Assembly: GCA_001599295.1 (NCBI GenBank)
Contig: BCGN01000011.1
Location: forward strand, 62,001 to 126,000
Source of the DNA: Sporopachydermia quercuum
Taxonomy: Eukaryota
Direction: 5' to 3'
Length of the DNA: 64,000 nt
Below are positions 48,341-60,900 of this stretch, piece after piece. The notes under the pieces are model-generated. The model saw nothing but the letters and a program-made list of their open reading frames with translations, made no database searches and had not been told where the DNA came from. Both the position numbers and the translations under genes were made by a program. Positions within the stretch are counted from its first letter, which is position 1. Each line of letters begins with the position of its first letter.

Positions 48341-51300
48341 ATGAAGAATCAGACCCAAAATGAAACTCCTGTAGCCCAGAAGATATCCAACTCGAGCTCC
48401 AATAACTTGTGCCCTGAGATATCAACTGTATCAACTAGTGAACAATTTCTATCGATAGACGATAACAGAACCTATATAAAAGTACAGCTGAATGCTATTG
48501 ATACCTATCAGACGACTCCATCAGTGCTAGATAGACAAAATGCTCCTGTGTTATCATTTTTGAAGTCGCACAACAACGGGGACTGTCAATTCGAAGAAGT
48601 ACCTGTTGTTAGAGTATTTGGTACTACTAATGAAGGATATTCTGTAGTTATGCATGTTCATGGTATATTACCATATATTTATACTGAATATACTGGTGAG
48701 ATTTATCCCGATGCTTTTCGGGATAATTGTCTGAAAATGGTGAATGCCATCAACAAAGAGTTTGGTGAATATAAACGAGGCAATAGTAAGGATGACAATG
48801 GTAATACTAATTCTAATAGCCAAGGCAGCAATAACAACAAAAGCTGTAAAAACTCTACTGAGACTTATAAGAAAAGAAAATACTGTGCTCATGTATCAAT
48901 AACCAAAGCTGTACCTTTCTACGGATATAATATTGGTTATACTTACTACTATAAAATATATATGCTTAGCCCTTCTTACATATCTCGGCTAAGAACATTG
49001 CTACAATCAGGAAAGCTTTTTTCCACTAAAATGCAGCCTTACGAAGCTCATATTCCCATCAATCTTCAATTTTCTACTGATTTCAATCTTTTTGGCTGTA
49101 GTTGGATATCTCTTTCTAAAGCTCTTTTCCGTCAAAGTGTCATTGGCTCCATGTACAATGGTAATGATTATGATGATAAGTTTCTTGACTATGTCCATGG
49201 CTGTACTAGATCCCAAGCAGAGGAACTAGAATCCTGGTGCGAGAAAAACATTCCTGACGATTATATCCTCCCCAAGAGTCTGTTTCCCCGTACAGGATCT
49301 TGTGCATTGGAAATAGACGTTCTGCCGCAATGGATAGTTAATCGCGATTGGGTTGAAACTAAAAACTTTCATTACGATTTCAGAGAAGTAACCGTCAAAG
49401 GATTACGTGATGAGAATATATATTTGCATAGTACTAAAGGATTATGGCAAGGATTGAAATATGAGCGTAGAGTTCGAGGATTACCTGATTATATTCCGCC
49501 TGAGTATATTGATAGAGAGGTAACTGTTGATAATATGCAATGGTATGCCCAAGAAGATATGTCCAAGCAGTTTGAAATAAGAGTACGGAATAACAGAGGA
49601 AGTAATCGAAATGCTGATAATGATAATATGATTAGCATGAACAATTATGTTAAACAACCCCCATGGGATAATATGATACCTACAATGAATGATCTAGTGT
49701 TAGAGATGGCGCCGGAAGAGTCAATATTGGATGATCTGTTTCTTAAAACAGTTAACGAGAGCATTTATTCTGATCCCTTCGAGGAATTCTCTTATGAAGA
49801 TGTTCTTTCTTCGGCTCCAGCTATTGCTGAGCCTCCTGGCTCAGTTTCTGCTTCCGTTTCTGCTTCCGTTTCTATCCGAAATCCTCATCCTTTGTCCGAG
49901 AACAGCGGTGTTTTGGATTCTCTCTTGGATACTTCCTCTGATAATGCTGATATCAACGGTTCGGCTGATAACTTCTCCGATTCCGACCACAGTTGCTTGG
50001 AATCACCACTGGACTTAACACTAGAGGCGGAAACGATGCCAGAAACCAAGGATTCTGGAAGGGTGAATGGCGGAATAGATGCCAGAGAATTCAAGCTTAG
50101 TTCTACTAAGATCTCCGATTTTGTTGCCAATAAGACCCTGACCCGAAATAAATCGTTTAACATTGAAAACAATGAATTTGAGACTTCTGACTGGAGTTTT
50201 GATGGATTATCTCAGTTTTTCAATAAAGATGAAGAAGCAAATAAAGGAGTTAATGTCACTGGTGATTCTGATGATAGAGGTTTAGCTAGTAGCAAGAAAG
50301 TTATAGCTAGTAGAAATGCTAGTAGAACTAACAGTACTAAGAAAACAACTGAAGATGATTCATTTGATATGGTGGCTACTTCTGCTCCTGCTCCTGCTGA
50401 TACCCTCAATTCTGTTATGAATTCTCCTTCTAGTAAGTGTACTCCTAGCAATGCTACTATCAATACTGAATCTGCTACTCTCCTTAATGAGCCTTGTACT
50501 ACCAATGAATCCGGTAGTATCCCCACCAACCGTATCCCAGAACGGTCTCCCCTTGTTGAATCTACCATTAAAACATTCCAATCAACATCAAGTTCAAGAA
50601 TCTTCATATTGAAACCAAAAGCTCCTTCTAAAGAGAAAATCATTGAGCTTCTAACCAGAAATCAAGACAATATGAAAATCATCTATAAAGAGCCATTTTA
50701 TAGTAATGCTAAGGACATCCCAGCTACAGCAATGGTTTATGCTGGTGAAAAGTATAATATTAACCATTCAGTTGATTCTAATCTACCATTATTTGATTTC
50801 TATGATCATCATGATATGGAAATAAATACCCGGCAAAGAAGGTGTAATAAGTACATGCTGCTTAAACAGCATAACCAGAATAATCAGCATAAGCAAGACA
50901 CCAGATCCACTCCTATTTTGACGTTTCCTTCTATTTACAGCAAGTGGAAATATATCATCAATGCTCCAACTAAATCATCTATCATGAACAAACTCCTTCC
51001 AACAATCAACCATAGCTCACCTTTTCGCTCTTCAAGGTCAAGAAGGTCAAGAAAAGACGCTTCCAGCCAAATAGAAATAGCTACTCAAGCAAACAGCTAC
51101 GGCATTAGATATTCGTCTCAGAAGAAAATGCTGAGCAGTAAAACAAAGAGTGAATTCAATGCATTGAAGCTATTTGCGATGGAGATCCATACAACTTCAA
51201 GAGGTGATTTATCACCAGATCCTTTTTATGATAGTGCCGAATGTATATTCTGGCAGGTTCAAACTGATCATTTGTTTGATATTAATGATCAATCATTATG

Positions 51301-54037
51301 TGGAATTCTCTGTTGTAATGAACGGGCATTTAAACGACTGAATGGCGGTAAGTATAGGAATAATTATGACAGCCTGAATAGCAACAATAGCAATAGTAGC
51401 CATATCAGTAAGGGAAACTCGCCTGTCGCTTGGAATATTCAGTTTCTGCCCAATGAACAGAAAATGATTGAAAAACTCGCAGAAATGGTCAAACTGATTG
51501 ACCCTGATGTCCTCACAGGGTATGAAATGCACAGTGGCTCTTGGGGGTACCTATTAGAAAGATATAGTGTTATTACCAATAGCAAGGGAGAATTAGCTGT
51601 TCTCCTATCAAGAATTAATGATAATCCTCTTGAAAACAAGTATCACGATACCTGGGGTTTCAGACAAGGCACAGGGTTTAAAATCATTGGTAGACATATG
51701 GTTAATATATGGAGGATTCTACGTCATGAGGTGACTTTACAGAAGTATACCCTTGAGAACACAGTGTTCCATGTTTTACACCGGAGAGTTCCTCGTTTCT
51801 CATACAGATCGTTAAGGGAAATGTTTAATAATGGTGATTATAATTCTGATGGAGTTCTAACTGTTGTTGCTTACTATATGGAGAGAGTTACTATGGCTTT
51901 ACATTTATTAGATGCCTTATCGATAATCTCTAAAACAACAGAAGAAGCCCGTTTGATTGGAATTGACTTCTATTCAGTGCTTTCAAGAGGCTCACAATAC
52001 AAAGTAGAGTCTTTAATGCTTCGAATGGCCAAATGTGAGAATTATATGCTTGTTTCTCCTAATAGGAAACAAGTAGCTAAACAGAACGCTCTGCAATGTT
52101 TGCCGTTGATAATGGAACCAACTTCTGGGTTTTATAACAGTCCTTTAGTTGTTTTGGACTTCCAATCGCTATACCCTTCAGTAATGATTGCATATAACTA
52201 CTGCTATTCTACGCTGTTAGGTAGAGTAGATGATATCAGCAGTGAAGCTAATAACTATAAGCTAGGAGTTATCAGCCATAAGTTACCGAAGGATTTACTG
52301 GGTGTATTAAAGGATGATGTTTTCATATCACCAAATGGTCTCATGTTTGTTAAGAAGCATATAAGAAGCTCTTTATTAGCAAGGATGTTAAGTGATATGC
52401 TTGACACAAGAGTAATGGTTAAGCAAACGATGAAGGATTTTGAGGATCACGATAATAATGATGAAGACAAAGGTGATAAAAAGAGCAAATCTGGTTCAAT
52501 GAGCGAACGACTATTAAATAACCGTCAGCTAGCTTTAAAGCTGATTGCTAACGTCACTTATGGTTATACTTCAGCCACTTTCTCCGGTCGAATGCCGTGT
52601 ACTGAATTGGCGGATTGCATCGTTCAAACTGGTAGAGAAACACTTGAGAAGGCCATTGATCTTATTCATGCTACTACCAAATGGAACGCTCGAGTTGTTT
52701 ATGGTGATACTGATAGTCTTTTCGTTTACTTACCTGGTAGAAGTAAAGATGATGCTTTCAAGATTGGCAGAGAAATAGCAAGTACTGTAACATCGGCTAA
52801 TCCTGATCCTATTAAGCTGAAATTTGAAAAGGTTTACTTACCCTCTGTTTTATTAGCAAAGAAGAGATACGTGGGGTCATCGTATGAATGGGAAGGTCAA
52901 AAGGAGTATAAGTTTGATGCTAAAGGAATTGAAACTGTTCGCAGAGATGGGACATTTGCACAGCAGAAAATTGAGGAAAAAGTATTAAAACTGTTGTTTG
53001 AAACTGCAGATTTATCTCAGATCAAACAGTATTTGCTTTCTCAATGGACAAAGATAATGCTGAACAAGGTATCCATACAGGATTTCTGTTTCGCTAAAGA
53101 AGTCAAGCTTGGGGGTTATAAATCCGAATCAACAATGCCCCCAGGAGCTTTGATATCAAAGAAACGTATGGAAAATGATGCGAGAGGAGAACCCCAGTAT
53201 AAGGAAAGAGTCCCGTATGTTGTAGTTAAAGGTACATTTGGTGAGAGACTACGTGATAGATGTGTGCCTCCTATGGAATTGATTATGAACGAGTATTTGA
53301 CTCTTGACGATGAGTATTATATAAAGAAGCATTTGCTTCCTCCGTTGGAGAGGATTTTCAATGTTATGGGTGTGAATATACGTAATTGGTACTATAATAT
53401 GCCCAGGGTAATTAAAGGAAAGATGAGCGATAAACAGAATGTTATAAATAGGAAAAGAAGACATGGAGATCCTCATGATGATAATGGTGAAAACGGTGAG
53501 AATAGTGAGAATAATAATAGTGTCAGTAGTAACCCTGTTGATGATGCTGATGATAATCCTAATGACACATTCAACCAGAGACCTATTGCCTCTATAGGTT
53601 CTACCGTATTCAGACCAAGGACTAATTACCTCATTGATTCATTTAGCAAATCAGGTAAGTGCAAGGTATGCAACTTAAACGAAATCAGCTATGACAACTT
53701 TTTGGTGGTTAATAATAAGCAATATCTTAAGCCTGATATCTTAAAACAGTTGTGCGATGACTGTTTGAACGATAAACAAAGAACAGTGTTTAATATGAAT
53801 TATGAAATAAGGAAAGATGAAGAGAAGTTATATCAATTGAATAGTATATGCAGGAAATGTGTTGATGACAATGTTATCAATGGATGTGGGAAGCCATTGA
53901 TGAATTCTGGTGGTATAATTGACGAATGTATCAATGAGGATTGTGGGATTTTTTATACTCGCGTGAAAGCAAAAAGAAAGATGGACTCTCATAGAGAGTT
54001 TAGTATGAGAGTTGTTGATGAGTTGAATAATTGGTGA
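48341..54037 (+). CDS. REV3: DNA polymerase zeta catalytic subunit
   Basis: B-family motifs VLDFQSLYPSVMIAYNYCYST, RQLALKLIANVTYGYT, YGDTDSLF; SRGSQYKVES; EPQYKERVPY; C-terminal CysA/CysB clusters. Confidence 0.97.
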   Translation: MKNQTQNETPVAQKISNSSSNNLCPEISTVSTSEQFLSIDDNRTYIKVQLNAIDTYQTTPSVLDRQNAPVLSFLKSHNNGDCQFEEVPVVRVFGTTNEGYSVVMHVHGILPYIYTEYTGEIYPDAFRDNCLKMVNAINKEFGEYKRGNSKDDNGNTNSNSQGSNNNKSCKNSTETYKKRKYCAHVSITKAVPFYGYNIGYTYYYKIYMLSPSYISRLRTLLQSGKLFSTKMQPYEAHIPINLQFSTDFNLFGCSWISLSKALFRQSVIGSMYNGNDYDDKFLDYVHGCTRSQAEELESWCEKNIPDDYILPKSLFPRTGSCALEIDVLPQWIVNRDWVETKNFHYDFREVTVKGLRDENIYLHSTKGLWQGLKYERRVRGLPDYIPPEYIDREVTVDNMQWYAQEDMSKQFEIRVRNNRGSNRNADNDNMISMNNYVKQPPWDNMIPTMNDLVLEMAPEESILDDLFLKTVNESIYSDPFEEFSYEDVLSSAPAIAEPPGSVSASVSASVSIRNPHPLSENSGVLDSLLDTSSDNADINGSADNFSDSDHSCLESPLDLTLEAETMPETKDSGRVNGGIDAREFKLSSTKISDFVANKTLTRNKSFNIENNEFETSDWSFDGLSQFFNKDEEANKGVNVTGDSDDRGLASSKKVIASRNASRTNSTKKTTEDDSFDMVATSAPAPADTLNSVMNSPSSKCTPSNATINTESATLLNEPCTTNESGSIPTNRIPERSPLVESTIKTFQSTSSSRIFILKPKAPSKEKIIELLTRNQDNMKIIYKEPFYSNAKDIPATAMVYAGEKYNINHSVDSNLPLFDFYDHHDMEINTRQRRCNKYMLLKQHNQNNQHKQDTRSTPILTFPSIYSKWKYIINAPTKSSIMNKLLPTINHSSPFRSSRSRRSRKDASSQIEIATQANSYGIRYSSQKKMLSSKTKSEFNALKLFAMEIHTTSRGDLSPDPFYDSAECIFWQVQTDHLFDINDQSLCGILCCNERAFKRLNGGKYRNNYDSLNSNNSNSSHISKGNSPVAWNIQFLPNEQKMIEKLAEMVKLIDPDVLTGYEMHSGSWGYLLERYSVITNSKGELAVLLSRINDNPLENKYHDTWGFRQGTGFKIIGRHMVNIWRILRHEVTLQKYTLENTVFHVLHRRVPRFSYRSLREMFNNGDYNSDGVLTVVAYYMERVTMALHLLDALSIISKTTEEARLIGIDFYSVLSRGSQYKVESLMLRMAKCENYMLVSPNRKQVAKQNALQCLPLIMEPTSGFYNSPLVVLDFQSLYPSVMIAYNYCYSTLLGRVDDISSEANNYKLGVISHKLPKDLLGVLKDDVFISPNGLMFVKKHIRSSLLARMLSDMLDTRVMVKQTMKDFEDHDNNDEDKGDKKSKSGSMSERLLNNRQLALKLIANVTYGYTSATFSGRMPCTELADCIVQTGRETLEKAIDLIHATTKWNARVVYGDTDSLFVYLPGRSKDDAFKIGREIASTVTSANPDPIKLKFEKVYLPSVLLAKKRYVGSSYEWEGQKEYKFDAKGIETVRRDGTFAQQKIEEKVLKLLFETADLSQIKQYLLSQWTKIMLNKVSIQDFCFAKEVKLGGYKSESTMPPGALISKKRMENDARGEPQYKERVPYVVVKGTFGERLRDRCVPPMELIMNEYLTLDDEYYIKKHLLPPLERIFNVMGVNIRNWYYNMPRVIKGKMSDKQNVINRKRRHGDPHDDNGENGENSENNNSVSSNPVDDADDNPNDTFNQRPIASIGSTVFRPRTNYLIDSFSKSGKCKVCNLNEISYDNFLVVNNKQYLKPDILKQLCDDCLNDKQRTVFNMNYEIRKDEEKLYQLNSICRKCVDDNVINGCGKPLMNSGGIIDECINEDCGIFYTRVKAKRKMDSHREFSMRVVDELNNW

Positions 54038-54534
54038 CGATGGTAATTACACTGTGAAGAGCATTCGATCAATATGTTGACATTCATATGCTATGATAAG
54101 GGGCTATAGTTATGTTAGCTATAGCTTGTTACACACATATAATATGGTGCACGGTTAAAGTGTCACTCACAATGACAATGGCTAGGTATATGCCGTAATA
54201 GTATTGTACGTATTTATGTATCATTATGATACTAATTTATCGTTACACGCATTTCCATTCTTTATTGTCAATATATAAGGAAAATGAAAATGAAAATCTT
54301 GTAGGTTCATACTCGGCAATGATCGAAGCCTTCTCATCACAAGTTTAAGGTATGATTGTTCTCACGAGCATTTGAGAATCAACAGTTCAATAACCATCAC
54401 ATCGCAATAAGTTCATATCCTATATGATGCTGAATTGGCCGGCTGGTAATAGTCATAATAATCACTATCATTAGAAGATCATAAGAAGTGAATAAATATC
54501 AAATGAAATAAATAAAAAAAAAAAATTAAATAAA

Positions 54535-54635
54535 TGGACGAGTCAGGGATCGAACCAGAGACCTTTAGAAGGTTAAATTACAAAGGTAGAGAATACCATG
54601 CAAATCTAACGCGCTACCAACTGCGCCACACGCCC
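54535..54635 (-). tRNA. tRNA-Ala(UGC) with a 28-nt intron (54598-54571)
   Basis: GGGCGTG/CTCGTCC acceptor stem with G3:U70, A box TGGCGCAGTTGG, anticodon arm TTAGA-TT-TGC-A[intron]T-TCTAA, B box GGTTCGATCC, downstream poly-T terminator. Confidence 0.93.
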
Positions 54636-55416
54636 ACTTTGAAACCTTTGACCGACTAGGTTCTACTAGTGAAGTATTTGTGGTATTCTTCACTTCAACA
54701 TTGCTGATAATGCTGACATTTGCTTCCAATGGAATAATACCTAAATAGAATAATTCTTTCTTACGTACTAAAGAAGAATAATATTATACCTTTTATAGTG
54801 TATAGTTGAGCTCGCTTTTCGTATTTCGTGGTCAATGCTGCACCTTTTGTTGAAGTGGATGAACTTCTTCGTATACATATGTAAGAAGAAATGTATCAAG
54901 GTAAGGTAGGTATATTTGGTTGTACCGGGCAATTACAGTAGGGATAGCTGAAGAATAGAATATAATACTCAAACAGCATACATCCGATTCGAATAACTCC
55001 AGCGCACTTATGACGATACCAATTAAACGACTTCTAATCCAGAACCGTGAATACTGCTATTGGTTGGATAGAGTTCGTTTAAGCCATGCAAGAGTATGCA
55101 ACGGAATGTTCGATAGGCAATCAGAGAGAATTAAGCCAATATGTTGAACTGCATAAGCTTCTTGAAAAGACATTTTACTCTACAAATATTACTACTGATG
55201 TACTTTAGAAAAGCTAAAATAATATCAGAATGTCATCTATAATTTTGAACGTATANTATACTTTTTACCACCTCATTTCCTTTTCTTAGAAGTTATACTA
55301 ACTGAAACTAACAGTAGATATATACATAGGATAGGCTCAACAGAATCTGCCATTTCCGTTTCGTTGTTCCATTACTGATCAATTGAACTAAAATCCCAAA
55401 TCGGTTACCAGTCCTA

Positions 55417-57978
55417 TCATCTTTTCCTCTCAGAAGCCTTCTTCGCTTGCATTGTAGCAATATGTGCNACATCAGCATCAACAGTGGTATGTATATGATC
55501 AGAGCAATGTACAATCTTTCGATCGCCAGTACCTGTAAACCCATATAGAGATGCAGTTAATTCAGGGGACTCTCCATTAGTACCAGAATTATAAGATGAC
55601 CCGGAGGTTGGTGAATTCATCATTGCCTGTGACCGTGGATTTGGTGGCGGAGGTACTATTTTATCTCCACTTATAGGATCAACCTCGATTTCGGTACACA
55701 TGCCAACACTTTGAATCCACGGGTCTTGAAATACATCTTCAATTCTCCATCTAGCTCTTGGTGATATATTAACCATGCCTGCTATAACACTTCTACACTC
55801 CTTTGGCAATGCATACAATAGTCTCATTTCACCAGTCAAAGCTGCAGGATTGAATCCTGGTGGAGGATCAGGATAAGGATCATCATCCTCTTTCGTTTTA
55901 TCATCTGAACAGCCTACAGGTACACTAGCATTAGCTCTTGATACTTCAGGTGAGTTATTCTCAATAGAGGTAGAAGGTGTATCAGAGTTTGCCGATCCTC
56001 TAGAACCAACTCCAGACCCTGATGAGTCTCGCTGGGATTCATCTGAGTCGTACACGGATACCGAACATTCATCTAGACCCGCTAGAAGGTCAGTTCTCAT
56101 ACTTTCAAACAACGGTGGTTTCTCTCTAGGTTTCCTCAACAACGAGAGCAAGGACTCACCAGGTCTCGTAGCAAATAATNTAAACGAATTATCGGTGAGC
56201 TTTGGGATTTTCCAAGGGAATTTTCTTAGCACCATGCAACAGAAGATCATAGCAGCAGACCACACATCAACTGCTCTTGGATCATATTTATGAAAAGCAC
56301 ACGTTTCTGGTGCTAAATAAGGATCTGACCCAACAATACCTGTTGCTTCTATCACGTTGGAAGAAAATGGATAATTGAACACCACCGCTGAGCCAAAATC
56401 AATGATCTTCACTATTCCATCTTTGGTCACCACACAGTTATCTAGCTTTAAATCACGATGAGCCAATCCAATACTATGTAGATAATAAATACCATTGAGG
56501 ATCTGTTTGAAACAACAGGAGATTTCTCTGAATGACATTTTCCCACTCATAACAATAACAAACAGGTCAAAATCACAGTACTCTAGTATTTGATATATTC
56601 TGTCTCCCTCATATATGATTTCTATTGTTTCAATTATATTAGGATGTTTTAATGCTGATCCTATAGTGTATTCGGCAGATATTTTCCGCGAGTACTCTCT
56701 TCTGCTTTCGTATGATGACTTTTGACGGAACTCCTTGATGGCAAATAACTTTTGGTCCGAAATACGTCTGCAGAGTTTCACGTTACCACCAGCACCAGCA
56801 CCTAAAGGATCGCTTAACTTAGTGTACCTTCTACTGAAAGGTATCTGTCTTTCTACCAATTCCTTCTCATACAGGACTTTCAAATTAGATGCAGACGTAC
56901 TGGAAGACATTCTAGGACCTGATGTATGAGAGCCAGGAGAGCTTGAGGTAGACATTGTACCAGAACCTGAGCCAGAGCCCGAACCAAAGCCTATACCAGA
57001 AAAACTCGAGTTCAATACTACTGACGAGCTCGTACGGTTAAAAGAAGGAGAAACCTGCTGTCTGCCTAATGGTCTAGCATTGCCATTGATAGGAAATGAA
57101 GTTGTGTTCATGGTTGGTGTCTGAGAGGATTTCTTGAAAAAACGCTTCAAATCGCTAACAGAACTATGTCTAGACGTAACACTGGAACCTGACTGGTAAG
57201 GGGAAAGCGTGCCAGAGCTTGAATCAGAACCAGTAGCGGATTTTTTTGATCTTGAGAAAAATCCTGATGTGCTTCGAGAAATGCTTATACCCGACGATTT
57301 GGAATGAGTGATAGAGCTGCCAGTGATAGGAAGACCTGAGCTTGAGTTCACGGAGCTATTAGCACTTTGGATAGCAGCGTTTTGAGCTTGAACTTGTTGA
57401 ACTTTCTGTTTGGATACAATAAAACGAGCTTCGATTTTATCAATCGCTGGCGATGTTATATTGATGGATGATATGATATTGCCATTAGGTAAGTTCGGCA
57501 TATAACTAGAAGGATCAGGTAGTTCGTAGCTAGCAAGAGATGATTGATTTGATGAATGCGAATTAGGAATAGAATTTGGAATGGAATTGGNGATAGAATT
57601 GGGGATAGAATNGGGTCCTGGTTCCGTAACGCTGTTGGAAATACTACCAGTAGCATTAATAGTACTATCACGATGTTTTGAATTGATGTTCAAGGGTGTT
57701 CCCTTGGATTCGGTAGTTGTTTCTTCGCTTTGATTTTGATGCAGCCGTCTTGAAGGAATCGAATCTTCAGAGGAGAGAATTGGTGATTTTATAGAAACAT
57801 CAGTTGACGATGATGTTGATGAATGGGAAAGAGTTGTGATGTTAACTTGCTGAGTGCTTACAGCTGGCGAAGTAGAAATGGACTTAAACCCTTTATCCTG
57901 AGAAGCTTCATCGTTTTGCTTGATNAGTCGTGTCAACGACGACACTTTCGAGTTCTTAGGCAGTTCTATTCTTGACAT
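55417..57978 (-). CDS. HAL5: Hal5/Kkq8-type Ser/Thr kinase (Npr/Hal family)
   Basis: [53 protein letters not shown]-terminal [11 protein letters not shown]; Ser-rich N-terminus with a (SIPN)4-like repeat. Confidence 0.88.
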   Translation of the reverse strand: MSRIELPKNSKVSSLTRXIKQNDEASQDKGFKSISTSPAVSTQQVNITTLSHSSTSSSTDVSIKSPILSSEDSIPSRRLHQNQSEETTTESKGTPLNINSKHRDSTINATGSISNSVTEPGPXSIPNSIXNSIPNSIPNSHSSNQSSLASYELPDPSSYMPNLPNGNIISSINITSPAIDKIEARFIVSKQKVQQVQAQNAAIQSANSSVNSSSGLPITGSSITHSKSSGISISRSTSGFFSRSKKSATGSDSSSGTLSPYQSGSSVTSRHSSVSDLKRFFKKSSQTPTMNTTSFPINGNARPLGRQQVSPSFNRTSSSVVLNSSFSGIGFGSGSGSGSGTMSTSSSPGSHTSGPRMSSSTSASNLKVLYEKELVERQIPFSRRYTKLSDPLGAGAGGNVKLCRRISDQKLFAIKEFRQKSSYESRREYSRKISAEYTIGSALKHPNIIETIEIIYEGDRIYQILEYCDFDLFVIVMSGKMSFREISCCFKQILNGIYYLHSIGLAHRDLKLDNCVVTKDGIVKIIDFGSAVVFNYPFSSNVIEATGIVGSDPYLAPETCAFHKYDPRAVDVWSAAMIFCCMVLRKFPWKIPKLTDNSFXLFATRPGESLLSLLRKPREKPPLFESMRTDLLAGLDECSVSVYDSDESQRDSSGSGVGSRGSANSDTPSTSIENNSPEVSRANASVPVGCSDDKTKEDDDPYPDPPPGFNPAALTGEMRLLYALPKECRSVIAGMVNISPRARWRIEDVFQDPWIQSVGMCTEIEVDPISGDKIVPPPPNPRSQAMMNSPTSGSSYNSGTNGESPELTASLYGFTGTGDRKIVHCSDHIHTTVDADXAHIATMQAKKASERKR

Positions 57979-60900
57979 TTTGGAAGATGCTGCAAGTTGA
58001 AATNGGTTGTATTCAATGTATAGGGAAGTAAAAGGTAAGATGGAATCACCTGTCCTAGTGTATGAGATGATTTCTGGTTTGTTTGTTCGGCTAATTCAAT
58101 ATTAAAAAGCAAGACAATAGCAAATTAATAATGAGTGTGTGTTAATTTGCTTCTTCTGTTACTATGATTATAACGCTTTTTGCTATCAATATAATGTCTT
58201 AGAACTATATTGGTTACCATATAGAGAGACTGTCCCGCAGCAACTAGTTAGTTAATAGTTTGTTTATTACTATTCAGGCTTGTGTGACACCAATCAAATG
58301 TTCGTTATTCTTTGCTTCAAAACAAACGCAAGACCAATAAATATTTGGTTGATTATAATTTTGACTTTAATTCAAGGCAAGAAGCATGCATCGACACTCT
58401 GCTGATGTTTCAATATACTAATAGATATTGATGGCTACTGAATTAGTTGCTCCGAATGTCTTATTATTGTTTGGTGCCTAGTTTTAGGTGATAAGGCAGG
58501 GTACCAGGAACGTACAGATGAATACGAAACAAGATCGTGAAAATCAGCTAGTAATGATGTAAAAATGCGTTTCCGGAAGCTTTCTTTAATGCTTATATAT
58601 TGTAACAATAATAGTAGATCATAGTAATGTGTTCTCTTACTGTCACAGCGACTTCACTTTAATAATGTGGGTGTAGGTTGTACCCAGGAATACTACTTAC
58701 AGCTTTGTAGAATTCCAATAGACTGGTCTAAAAGCTCAACGATTATCAAACTAAAGGATTCAATAAGATATGAAATGAAAGAGCTTTCATAATAGATAAC
58801 TATGGCAGTAAAGAGTACAGCTATGAAGGAAGCCTCAATGAAGATGAATTGATAAGTTAATAAGTTTAGGATTGTGGTCAGCATGAAAAATGGGCTTCCA
58901 TGGAAATAAAGTTTAGAAGGATGAGATGGGAATGCATGAAAGTTGCATAAAGCCCAAGGTGTACGGTGAAAGATAAGATATGTACAGAATGAGGTAGGGG
59001 GATGGGGAAGAAATATAGATGGAGGAGGAGATTAATCGATGGGATAGAGAAACGTNTTAATACTATGAGAAGCACTGTGAAAGTAAGGAAGCTGCCAGTA
59101 AAGTTTCCTCAAGGTTAGTGTTGAAGAAGCTGCAATAAATTGTTTAAGAAAAGGGAGTGCTAAAAAGCTCAAAGCTGGGATCTGTAAGAAACAAAATCAC
59201 GTGACCAACATTTTACTGTCTGGCTTCTTTCGCCTTGTTTGTTTGTCTAAATTGAATACGTTAAGCTTGTATAACATCGCATATAATATGACTAAACAAC
59301 ACTTGGCAAATGTTCTATTCCTTAAGCGTTTGGTATACAATCTAAACTGTTCTTGCAGTAGCGCAGCTATAAGCTCTTTCTAGGATGATAATTGATCCGT
59401 AAAAACCGTCCATGGCCAATGCATCAGTGCGTTATTATAATTATATGAGTACTATACGCAAAAGAACCGAGATAAAGATAAAGTTCAAATTGGAGAGCAA
59501 TAAAAGCTAAATTAAACTTTAACTTTGCCTCTCTTGATATCTATAGATCATGTTAGATCAAGAAAGACCAGTTAGGTAATAGCAATGAGATGCTGTTCTG
59601 TTCAATATGACGTTGAAAGAACCTGAAACATAAGAGAAAAAGTATAATCTAATTAATCCCAGACCTTGATTATGTTATCAGCTCTAGTCGACTGAATGCT
59701 TTCATGTTCTCTTTGCACAGGGAAAAGAATTGTAGAAGTCTGTGGCGTAAACTTCCACAAATTGCAAACTAAACTCGCATTCTCAAATCTAGCTAAAATC
59801 TTGCATCAGATTGCATGAAAACTGCTTCAACTGATGGACAGCGATTACCCAAAGATAATCCCTCACTAATAGTGAAAAAGACGGAAAAACAGAAATTAAA
59901 TTCAGGGATTAAATTGGCTGACGAGTTCTCTTCAGTGAGAAGAAAAAAACTCTTTCAAAGCATTGTATTAAATAAATTATTTCACTACTAATGTTATTGT
60001 ATCTCAAAAGCTACCATAATAATTACCCGCAGTGAATACTTATCCAGGGGGTATTCTGAGGATATATACGCAACCTTTGATTAAGCAATCATTTTATTAC
60101 ACATTTCTTTATATATTATTATTTTTTTCTTTAAATTCCTTTGCTAACAAACGTGATTTCCAATAAGAGCAATCTCTGATTATTTGTCCCAAATTTATAC
60201 TCTTTCAATTTGATGAATTGTTAACAGTAACCCGACTGGAAATCACTCTTCCAGGATAATAAATAGAGTTCCAAAATATAGATTCATCTCGCAGTAAATA
60301 TGCATAAGATCCAAATCCTAATTTAGTTCATATCTGACAGTTGTTCGAGTTTTTAGCAGAAAGCGTCTAATCTACGCATAAATATGCAGCAAAGGCATCA
60401 AAAGATCATGAGAATACTGAACTCTATTTCTCTCTACAGCAAATATCTGTGAGCTCATTCCTCTGTGGAGAATTAGTTGCTATTATTGTTGGAAAATCTT
60501 CACTCTAAATTATTGCCTTGAATGTGAGATTTTTCTCTTGAAGGAAAATTGAAGCCAAATTTTGATTGCTTTTTATAAAACAGAGCTTAATTGCCTCTCT
60601 TACAGAACGATGGCCATTGAATAGGAAATAATGCAGAAGTAATGCTAACAAGAGACAATAATTTACCGATATCACCTTATACTTGTTATAGTTATAGTTA
60701 CGTATATGAATTTGCTATCCAGATCTAGGAAACTATCGGACTACTTGGTCTGAGAATATTAAGCCATTATTCTTTTTCATTTTATTGAATAAAATTTTCC
60801 AAATAGTTAGTTAATCGAGTTTTCAATTTAATTAAACCCTCTTTTATTGCTTCGTTGGCTCTTATCAGTTGGGAAGACAATTTATGGTCAGAACTTAGAT

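Noticed and set aside
52081..52830. CUG codon reassignment (Ser or Ala clades)
   Set aside because: CTG occupies conserved Leu sites in REV3 (QNAL, ALKLIAN, PIKLKFEK) and in the WLM HxLAH motif
54640..55300. LTR or retroelement upstream of the tRNA
   Set aside because: No supportable TG...CA boundaries, target-site duplication or gag/pol motifs
59196..59330. Point centromere (CDEI-like ATCACGTGAC)
   Set aside because: No very AT-rich CDEII tract or CDEIII CCG element follows
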